64,000 nt of DNA from Lingula anatina (taxonomy: Eukaryota; Animalia; Brachiopoda), in assembly GCA_051362555.1 (NCBI GenBank), contig CM120646.1:1240001-1304000 (forward strand), in the 5' to 3' direction. Shown in pieces: positions 41,193-52,040 of this stretch. A model generated the notes under the pieces. That model was given only the letters and a program-made list of their open reading frames with translations. It did not search any database and was not told where the DNA came from. Position 1 is the stretch's first letter; each line of letters opens with the position of its first letter. The position numbers were made by a program, and so were the translations under genes.

Positions 41193-41900
41193 TTAGATGT
41201 CCAATCCATCAAAAAGATCGCACATAAAATCTCCAATATCTGTGAAAACGCCCTCAATGGCCTTCAGTTCGTCGGCATATTCGCCTGATGTAGAGTTGGA
41301 TGGCTCTTCATCCGAATATTCCTCCACTGAGACAAAAGTTTCTGTTGTCGTTGTTTCCTGCTCGTCCTCAGATTCTTCCTCTGACTTGAAAGTTTCTGCA
41401 AGCAGGCTTTCCTCGTCATCGTGTCTCATGCCACTTTGAAACAGAATATCTCCAGACAGTGCGTCATCATCATATTCTCCATCAGAGAAGTCGAGTGATT
41501 CTATTGCTTCATAATTCTGATCATCACAGTCACCCTTTGTTAGGTACAATGATTCTCTTGGTGCTGTTTCTTGATCGTCATCATATTCTTCTGCTGGTGT
41601 TTGTTCATGGTCTGGGACACCGTCCATTATCTCGTCGATAGTTTTACCGAAGAGTTCAAATGCTCCTTCCAGTTGATTGCAGGCTGAACCTAATATATCA
41701 TCAACATCTGGTTTGAATGCGTTATTCGCCTCTACATGTAAATCCCCTATTTCATCACATACATATTCCACTGACTCTTTCAATTCTTCCTTAATTTGCA
41801 TGAAGACGCTGTCTGATTCGCTCTTTGAAAAAGCGTCTACTGCTCCCTCAATTACATCGGTGAAACTTCCTGGGTGTTTTTCTGGTGTGGTTATAAGCGA
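41193..41900 (-). other. Out-of-frame acidic tail of cGLR-2 (still open, >230 codons)
   Basis: Shifted frame contains GAVDAFSK and RESLYLTKGDCDDQNYEAIESLDFSD, homologous to the in-frame tail of paralogue 1. Confidence 0.8.
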
Positions 41901-44900
41901 GAGGCGTCTTTGACAGCAAGAAATGCTCCAGATCAAAATGAAGATCATAATTTGCTTGGATTTCCATGAGGATTGCTTTTGGATTTTGACGGATGTTGAG
42001 CAAGATGTCAACGTTTTTACTGATTAATTGTTTATCCATGTAATCTATCATGTTGTTTTCCGGTATGAAATAATTCGGGACACACTCTGTGGAGAGAAAA
42101 TCAATCAAAAGGTCGAGGAAGTTGTAAAAACGTTGCCCCATCTCTTTATTTGTCCAACTTTCTTGTGGAATGCGCTCACATAACCAGAATAACATTGTCT
42201 TAAGGTGGTAGGTAAAAAGTACGCAAAGGTCTCCTAATCGATGCTTGTGTATTAGTTTTATAATACGGTAAATATGGCGCTGAACTTGATTTAGGGACAA
42301 GGCAAGATGACGCTCCCCTAAAACAAAAGAGATCCTCCATTCGGTTCGGCATTCTCGATTACCAGGATTGGCAACTGGTACAAGATGGCATCCAAGTTCT
42401 CTCACGGCTCTGATTTGATCGTCATTGGGCCAACCACTCGATCTCTTGCGAATAAGCCATGGTTTTGCTTTGCGGGGCCACTCGTTCCCCGGAAATGACA
42501 GAACTATATCCCCCGGCAGAACAATGTGTCGTTTAACTCCGGAAAACAATGGCAATTCCAATTTCGCCGCAGGGCCATTAAAAGTTACATTAAATAATTT
42601 CCAAATTATATTCAAAAATTCAAAATTGGAAGACGGGCCTTGTGCCCAAAATTGAAAACCTTTGTTGCTCAGGCATGCACCTTCTTGATCAAGTTCCAAA
42701 AGACCTGGAATTTTAAACATCCAGTGTTTGCCCTGGATCTTAAGTTTGACATAACCGGGGTGACAGTTTCGGTAGTCCACAAGGAACGCTGCCTCTACTG
42801 CTGTCTCTGACTCTGTACAAGTCTCGACAGTGGGGAATAATGGCGGTGTTAGTACTATCATGATATCTAAATCTGATATTTCAAGGTGAGCTTTATGATC
42901 AGAGCCGTGCAAAACAGGGATCACAAGGCCATCAAAGAAACTACCTAGAAACTTTAACTGCATGCTTATGGTCACATCTTTCATCGCCGGACTTAAATGC
43001 TGGAGAAACGTTTGGAATGCACTGTACTCCAACTGTTCAATATACTCATGAGGCAAATAATTATAACATGTTAGGTTTGTCAATAAACAGGCAACAGCAA
43101 ACATTTTGAAAAATGCAAGAGGTCCGTTTTCCGCCAAGTTATTACCATCGTTGGAATTCAACAGAAATTTACACAACAGTTGGATTTCTATTTCAGCACG
43201 GACAGCATGTTGCCCAAACAGTTCTGTGAATAACCGGTGAAATTTTTTCATTATTAATGACTCCTGAGATAGAATCTCTGCCAAGTATGCTGAGAGGTTT
43301 TCCGTACAGTCAGTATTTTCCACATCTCGTCTCGCTCGTTTATCTCTTGAAGGAAATCTAAAACTGAATAAAAGTAAATATGATTTAAAAAAATCTATGT
43401 GTAAACTAGCTCAAATAAAGATCACTTTATGGAAGGTTTATTTAAACCCGTAGAAAAATATACATTTAAATAGGCCGAAATATTTAGCCACTACGACATA
43501 CAAGTCTTTGTGAATAAAGATGTTTAAGTCCTTTTGTTCGAGGATTTTCAAATTGTTGGAAAAAAGTCATAGATAGACTCATCGATTAACTATAATTCAT
43601 TCAAGCAATTCTCACGGACGATAGGAAAGTCTGCAAAGTTTAGATATGTACTATGCTCTTTCGTTTAAATCTACAATTGTTTCTGCTCAAACGTGTAGAT
43701 TAAATCAAGCGTGAGCGTGACATCGGTAGATCCCGAGGAACCCTGAGTTACGGGGGTCCATGAAAACTCCCCTTCTACTACCACAATGTCGCAGCCTTAC
43801 TTGGAAACGACGGAGTCCTTATGCAAGGGTGAGTTTCCAGTGCCCTCGGGAACTTCGTGTCCATGAATTCCACTAAGTAATTAGGGTGTAATTGACTATC
43901 GTTAATTACCCAGTAGCAGCTTCAGTAGGCGTGCCAGACAATCAAGCCACTTACACCGAATGCAGTTTAGCGAGAATCCCCGTAGAGTTAGATCTATCCA
44001 GCGTTTATGAGCTCGTCCCTAATGCTCCGGTCACACCTACAAGACGCAGGGTCGGCGCACGGCCGACGCGCTAAAACATTTTGGCAATTTTGGCCAGTGC
44101 GCTATTATGCGTCTGCATCCGTCAAACGCGCCGTGCGACAAATATGCATTCGTTTTCATTCGCTCTTGTGCGTCTGATTTTTTGTGCATGCACAAAAATG
44201 TGTGTTCAGCTCGACGCATGAACTTACACGTCAAAAGGTCGCTCGACATTCGCGGAGGCCGCTGGACCACCGTTAATCAGACGTTGCATAAACGCTAGGT
44301 GTTCGTTTCAAATTCGTTGGCTTTGGCGTAGTGAGCACACAGCACGCTTCCAACGCATGTGTAGCGAACATGCAGCTACTATAAACGGGTGCTAGACAAA
44401 TCATTGCACATTGTACGGCGACTTGCAGTTATCGAGTAACAACGGAAAGCGATCCTGCGACACGGAGCTGTGAAATTTGATAAGCATGGATTATATTTGC
44501 CACGGGCTCCCCACGATGAAGGTGTGTACGATTTTCCTTACATTTTTATAATCGTGAGTAGCCATGGGTTACGGCGAATAGGTTGACATAACGTGCGCGA
44601 GCCGAATCATTTTTCTAAAATGATCTCAAGGTCAGGTGGGGAAAATAGTATGTTGTCTTAAAATGATCGTCCGGAGCCCTTTCAATCTCAGTGCAGTTGC
44701 CACTCGCCTTTTGTGCGGCTTCAATGATTTTTTGAACCTTATGTTGAGATTTTTAAAAAAATCACATATATGCAAATGAATTACACCTAGAGTTGAATAA
44801 TTCCTTGATTATACTAACATTTAAACATCTTAACTGTTTTATGCCTCCATAGCCACCAAATAAGGAAGGAAAAGATTCAACAATTATCACGGTCACCGCA

Positions 44901-45762
44901 AGTCCAACGAACAATTAATGCCCGTGCGGCAATTGCGCAATGCCAGCTACCATAATTTTATTGTTACGGTTTCCGGGCTTGGGATTTAAAAAAAGTTTGT
45001 CAAAAAGCTTCAGATTGACAAAATCCTAGAGGCTACGGAGGTCGTGAATCCGTACGAGTTCGTACATGGTCACTGCCAGCCTCCGAACAGACGCTGCACG
45101 AAAAGGGATTACGGGCAGTTTACGAGCAGCGTAAGGACATAGCATGGAACATGTAAGCGGCTTACGGGTTCTCGTGGACCATTTGCACCGTATTTGCGCG
45201 CTTATCCTCAAGTCATTCTTCATGCTGTTATTTTACTTCTCTTTCCAATTTCGCCTTTGATGGTTTTAGGGAGCGTTATAATAGTAAAAAGTCAAAGAGA
45301 TTTTTGAACTTGAAGATGTGCATCTTCTTGATATATGTGTGTATTTCGACATAAGTGGCTAGATACGCCCAGGGGCTGCACCGACAGCGCATCAAACAAC
45401 AAAAAAACCGCACGGACACTGTACGTCAACTGCACAGTGGCTGATAGGGCTCTGTATATGATCGCTTTTCAACCGACAAATCGATCTTTCACGACCTAAC
45501 TTCAAGGTCATGTAGGAGAAATGGCACGGCGACCGCATGTAATGTAGACATTCTCGGCATAGCCCGTAGCCCCTTACGGTGTCAAAAATATCGTACGGAC
45601 AATCGAATGCGATTTCATCGCAAATGTAATCTAGGCTTTTTGAGGGCAAACATTGTGTCACAAGATTTTTCGCCACACATACGTATGTACATTTCATCAT
45701 ATATGTAACATGACGCAGTGGACAGTTTCATAAACTTACCTTTCGCCTCCCCATTCATCCAT
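41848..45762 (-). CDS. cGAS-like receptor paralogue 2 (~510 aa; exons 45762-45740 and 43357-41848), frameshifted before the tail
   Basis: LGS-x22-DLD, GDIV, EWRISF, TYHLKTMLFW, CVPNYFIPENNM. First exon MDEWGGE-R in frame; the codon matching the paralogues' second ATG is ACG. Confidence 0.88.
44020..45640. mobile_element. GC/CpG-rich degenerate DNA-transposon remnants (Harbinger-like MITE pieces) in the cGLR-2 intron
   Basis: Compositional shift; end-like motifs GCTCCGGTCACACC (~44024) and TCGCAAATGTAATCTAGGCTTT (~45618); no coherent ORF. Confidence 0.4.
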
Positions 45763-45892
45763 AGTGATAACTGCCTGAGACTTTAATTTTGAAGAGAGTT
45801 TCACTTCGTATTAGCCATAAACATCTGCGGAAAAGACCTTATTAACTGCAGCAGTCTTTCAGTGTGTGTCTATTGTCACTATATTTTCATGA

Positions 45893-45903
45893 GGGGAATT
45901 TTC
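45893..45903. promoter_or_regulatory. kB-like motif upstream of cGLR-2 exon 1
   Basis: GGGGAATTTTC ~130 bp upstream of the ATG, in a position comparable to the motif in paralogue 1. Confidence 0.4.
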
Positions 45904-46763
45904 TCTTGCGACGTACAATAATAAAGTATATAAATATCTGTATAAATATATTGATCCTGTGTTTACCTTTTCTCTAGGTGCTCATATGCATCACGCTATT
46001 AATGTCAAGGCGATATCCATTTCTTTTTTTAAACATACGAACAAGCAAGAAGAAACCGCTTTGAATAAAGCCGTTTTAAATTGTACTGAAAACAATGTTT
46101 TGAAAACAAACACAACAAATCTCATTGCTCTACCTCTACTCTGAGAGGCCAATTGAGTGATGGTACTAAATCCGACACCAAAATCTCGTCGGACATCGGT
46201 AAAAACTTGTCATGAAGTAGCTAAAGACAAATATGTGAATATCTAGTGAAAAATAAGTCTGTGATCCAGGTATAGGGGTACAGTATCCCCACATGTCCAA
46301 CTTCAGCCATTACCGGAGCATTGTTGCGACACGACTGTAAACAAATTGCGTTACTTACATCAATAGTTGGCCTATTTGAGGTCTAGCCGTGGGGTGGGTA
46401 TCCAATAACTCGTCACAATGAATTTTATTTTTTCAAGCCGAGTAAATAAGCATTTACTTTTTATTGCAGGCTGTACTTCTTACACATGAGTGGTATTTAT
46501 GTCATTCATTTCAGGCCGCCATCCGCTTCGTTTCATTTTAATCCATTTTCAAATTCATGAAAATAGAACATAAGATTGTAGATAATTTTCCACAAAATAA
46601 ACCAGCAAAAGTTTTGGGTTAAGCTCGTATTGAATGAACCACGCGCAACATATCTTATACTCCCCGTTTTATTACTTTACAGAACAAGCTCTGTTTATTC
46701 GTTCTAACGCGGTTAACATAAGTGTACAATGTGTACAGTGCACAGTGTAACATAAGGGTTTTT

Positions 46764-47077
46764 TGTAAACCCTTGGGCTGATCTTCTCCATTCCCACCAC
46801 TGCCTGGTTCTCATCTACCGCAATGGGGTCACTTCTCGGGTACAGGCATGCAGTTTGTGTGTGTTGGGGGAGGGGAACCCTCTACCAGGGCCAAAGTTAT
46901 TAAAGTGGACATTTTTGGCTGAGATCGGATCACAATTACTGTCTATTTATGTAGACACATATCTGTGAATATCTGTGAAAATTCAATCTGCATGTCTGTA
47001 CCCGGGAAGTGACCCCATTGCGGTAGATGAGAACCAGGCAGTGGTGGGAATGGAGAAGGTCAGACCAAGGGTTTACA
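46764..47077. mobile_element. MITE with ~90-bp terminal inverted repeats
   Basis: 46764-46853 is a near-perfect reverse complement of 46988-47077; degraded single arms at ~39435 and ~49255. Confidence 0.85.
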
Positions 47078-47391
47078 TAGAGAAATAAGATCAAAAATAT
47101 TTAAAATAGCCTGGGAGTCAAGGGTAAAAATAACAACCAAAAGTTGTACAAATTCATAGACCCCAGAATTAATACTCTACGAAGACATAGTAAAAGTTTT
47201 ATATCGTTTTTTTTCTACCCATTTTGAAAACTTTTGAAATTTGGAACCCAGGTAGAAGGTGACTAAGTTGAATTATTCTGTGTGTTCGTAGATTTATCCG
47301 CTTAAGATGTTTCTGAATTGAGGCGATGTAGTCAACTTTCTTCCTTAAAATTTATATTTCCTAACATGTGGGGATTTTTCGCTTTTGACAT

Positions 47392-47956
47392 TCCATAATC
47401 AGGCCTACCCAACTACCAGACTCGGCACCTAAGGATCCTGAATTAACCGGTATATCGGACCACACTTCCCGGTTTAAAGGTGTGTGTCAGATCGCATTTC
47501 GGAGTATCATACCCCATAACAAATTTTGTAGCACGACTGCGGGCTCATCCACGCTCGGCTGAACAACCTTAAACTGTACTCTTACTTTAGAGTACTCTAT
47601 TTTATTGTCTCTATGGGGATATATGGGGACTTTACGACATTCGGTTTGAACGTTTTAACCACTTTTGATAGGGCATTTTGCATGTATTAGATTAATGTGA
47701 CAGTCTAAGGTTCATCTAGGTGGCTTTCAAATTTATGCACCCGGTTTTAAAATCATATAGCGATTTTACGACAATCGTTTACTATCCAATCAAAGTGACA
47801 GCCGAGCATGCCAGGGCTCATCCTGTCGGTGTTCTGGCTGATACTCCGAAATGCGATCTGACACACACCTTGAAAACGGGTAGCGTGGTCCGATATACCG
47901 GTTAATTCAGGATCCTTAGGTGCCGAGTCTGGTAGTTGGGTAGGCCTGATTATGGA
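47392..47956. mobile_element. MITE/foldback with ~118-bp terminal inverted repeats
   Basis: 47392-47509 (TCCATAATCAGGCCTACCCAACTACCAGACTC...) is a near-perfect reverse complement of 47839-47956. Confidence 0.85.
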
Positions 47957-50900
47957 GTATGCAAACACCTATGTAGATATTAAATTACTTCAGATTTTTT
48001 AATTCATAGGCGATATTTATTTCGTTTTTAAACAAACAAGCAAATAAAAAATATGCAGCCGATTTAAATCGAAAAGAATATATAGATAGGAATAAATGAA
48101 ATAATGAATGACTGAATGAATGAATAAATGAATGAATGAATGAGTTTTTAATGAAATTGAAAAGGGGCAGTATACACAAGTAAACATATTGACTCGTTTC
48201 AGTATATGGAGGCACAATGAATTGTAAACACCTGTATCTTTTTCTGAGCTTTCCCCACATAAAAATAAAGATAGATTTAATGTCTTCTCACATTTAAGAT
48301 CTGCGTGAAGGAGAATTTTTATGACACGTACGACTGTGTAAACAAATGGGGTCACTTATATTTAAAGTTGGCCAAGTTGTGTGGTGTCCAATTACACGCA
48401 TTAGAATATGTAACCATCTGTAAATGTGCAATCGTCTTGAGTTATCTTGACTTGATACGACTTTCTGTGGCGCCCTCTTATTGGTGTTTCGTCTTTTGTT
48501 CTCTCGTTCTGTGTTCCCGCGTCCGTGTCGTGTGACATCTCCGTATATAAGGCGCTGCCGCTGCCTGGGGCCGTCGTTCGTCTGTCTGTATTTCTGTATA
48601 ACTAATCAAAGTTTGGCCATACAGTTCTTATGATAAAATGCCCCTGAATTAAATCAGAAGTGAAAATTTACGTATAGAAATAAATTACTTAACAACACCG
48701 AGTGTCCGTCTGTTACATATGTTTTTTTATTGTATTAGGTTGTTTTCTTTGGATGATGGTGATTTATATCATTTATAGGAGGCCGCTATCCGCTCCTTTG
48801 TTTCACTTTCATGCATTCAAATACATGGAAAAACACTAGGGTTCGTTCCCAATCAAGCCATAGTTCTACATAGATCGATAGAACTCAGTGGAGACACCCG
48901 CTGAATACAATCAGGTCAATGGATTCTGAACACACCTCTCCCCGGCATGGTGATTATACCAGTACGTTAAAAACATATGGTGATGTGTTGTTCTGTTTAT
49001 CTGATGGCATTCAGATTGAATCGCTCAGCGTACACGCAGAACGTTAGTTTCATTGGGGATGGACTATAAGATTATAGATGACTTGACTCTAGATATACCA
49101 GGTAAAAGTTTGGATAAAGCTCGTGATTTATAAGATCTAAAGCTACGGGTCTTATGTTCTCCTCTTGTTTCGCTTACGCGGTATAACGGGGGTTAATATA
49201 GGCCTACAATGGACATTGTTCAGGTTATCAGACCCCTCTCCAACAACACACAAATGCATGTCTGTACCCAGCAGGGAAACCATTGCGGTAGATGAGAGTC
49301 CGGTGTTTGTGAGTGCTAAAAATGGAGATGGCCACGCCTGGTACATATTTTGAGAAACTATAGGTAAACACAGACATTCATATGACGCACCGTAAATCAA
49401 ATTGTCGCTCCCTGAACCATAGAGAGTTCCTGTACCAGGGATTATTTAATTAGACGTATACTACCCGGTCGACTCGTTTGAAAATCTTTGTGTGTAAATA
49501 TCCCCCCCTGAGTAAATATCCTAAAGTTACATACTGGTATCATTCCCAATACAGATATTTTAAAATTATAAAATACCTCAAATAAAGTACCGGATGTCGA
49601 TATTTCCTTTTCGAATTTTAGAAAGACTGTGTTTGTTTGTCCTCATGATCAGTGTCTGGCCAGAGGGTTAGATGATAATTATTTAATCAAAAATAGTTTA
49701 AAATTGTCTCAATCCATTTTGAGTCTGCGTGCAAGATTATAATTAGATGTTAAATATTTAACTAAAATGGTATAAAAAGTATTCAGCCATTTCAGTGTCC
49801 GTAATATCCTACACTTAAGCTACTGAGTAGTGACGTTTTGAAAATGAGACTTAATATTTAAAAAAAAATCGCTCACTTTGTCTATAATCATTATGGTGTC
49901 ATCTGCGTTATGAGCACAATTATGTCTTGAACTTTATTTATCCTGGCACGCAGAGCACGTGGCGATAGCCGCATTTGGAAAGAATTGGTGTTATTACCTT
50001 TTCGAGAAATATTTATATTTCTTGCTGCTGACGGTCCTATAGATAATTGATCACTGAGAAAAGGTTCTAGTATGAGACTGTATGGCCCTCTGTTTCCAAT
50101 GAGGAGATCAATTATTTTGTTTTGCGACACGATATCATGGCTTTTATCTGTAACACATTATGAAATTAATCTTGGTCTTGAATAAGTTCAACTTAAATGT
50201 ACTTTAAAATGATAATAATAAATAAGTGCGTCAAAAGTAATCGGTTGCGTCCTCTTAAGAACATTGTACTTATACTATTTTAAAGCAGTAAAAACAACAA
50301 TTGCAACCATAGATATGTTATGTGATAAAAAATTGTAGTAATAACATAATGTTTTTTAACTAAATTTATTTACCAATTCAATTCAATGTTCAATTCAAGT
50401 TAAATCATAATATTCATCAAGCAATGCCTACATGCCACTTGTTTTCCTCTATATTCTTATACAGGTACATCATATATTTAACTATAATTATCGTTTATTA
50501 CAACTGTTGTTAAATGTTTTTTTACCTCTTTAAAAAGTTTGTCACAATTGATCATTTTCAATTTTTTCTCTAATTTTAAACATTCAATAAAATAAAAAAA
50601 AACCGTGGGATAATCAGTTTGCACAGACGAAAAATATTTGAAGGTAACGCATTATAAAATCTTATTTCCTTAAATACTTCTCTATAGGATAAATCCCGTA
50701 CGATATTTTTCACAGAACTGCTCTGATATCATTGGCTACATATGGTACTTTACATCTAGTATTTTCATGCATTTTAATTTGTTTAAGACAACAATCATAC
50801 TTTCTGTCTTGGAAGTAAATTTTTACTTTTAAAATCACACTCTGAAAATTAACATAAACTGGACATACTTTTGATTTGCCATAATCCTTTATTTACTGAT

Positions 50901-52040
50901 TAACAATACAATATCTTAAAACTTGGTATCCCATTGATATATAAGACTATCATGTCCCACCACAAGAGATGTATAAACATTTTTTAACTAGATCGCTCAC
51001 GTAAATGAAGCCATTTTTCATCAAGAAAAAAAGAGTGCATGTTTACATCCAGAATGGCCATAATAAAAATTATATTTAAAAGTCGCCACAACTATCTAAA
51101 GTCACCATTTTTTGGATTAATACTGTTACAGCATATATGCTGTGTCAGTAATTCAAAGTACCTTGAATATGGACAGGTTCAATGGACAGGTACACTTTGC
51201 CATGCATCACTTCGCAAATTTACAAGAGAGATTTTAACTTGTTACCATCATTGATAAAAGCACAGGAAATGAATATTGTCAGGTTCTTGTTTGTAACCGC
51301 CATCTTCATCGTAACCGCCTCGATTACAGAGGAATAACTTTGTAGCGGGTTGTGAGTAAAATCTTTGCTCAAAGCTTATGTAAAAGACTGAATGAATGGA
51401 CAGAATCAGAAAATATTAAAAATAAATCTAAATCTAAATCTAATATACAATGATAAGAAAGTACCTCCTAAAACAAATGGGGCGTCTTTATTGTCTTTTT
51501 GTAGCTTTTCAAAAATGTTTCGATTGTATATGGAGAGACTTAGATTAGAGATTTAGATTAATAATGAACTCTGAAGATGTTTCTTGACAATTTCCCTTAA
51601 TTTCATATTAATTATCAATCACGGTAAATTTATGTTTAATTTTTCGCTTGGTACTGTTACGTAAAAAAGTACTCGTTTTGGGGGGCATGAGAAAAAAAAA
51701 ACCTAAATAAATTAACGCTTTTTTCACATTTGCATTGTTTGTTTCTCCTTGACTCTACCAATCCTCCAGCTTCACATATTAAACAATATAAACAGTATTA
51801 ATTTGGTAATATCAATAATAATGAAAGAAACAGGACGATATGCATACCAAAATTCCCGTGTACCAACCATTTTGGTCAAGAGTGTATATTCTACAGCTAT
51901 GTACCCCGACTTATCTACTAACGTATACTGGTGGCTTTTTGATCTTCGTCTACATGTTTATCTGTTGAGTCAAAGGGGTTTTTTTTTGCTCATCGATCAA
52001 CAGATCTTTCGTCGAATGAAGCGACTGTGTCGGACGTTAG

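Noticed and set aside
41193-42011. Independent 272-aa acidic gene
   Set aside because: Homologous to paralogue tails and has a non-ATG start; better explained as the frameshifted tail of cGLR-2.
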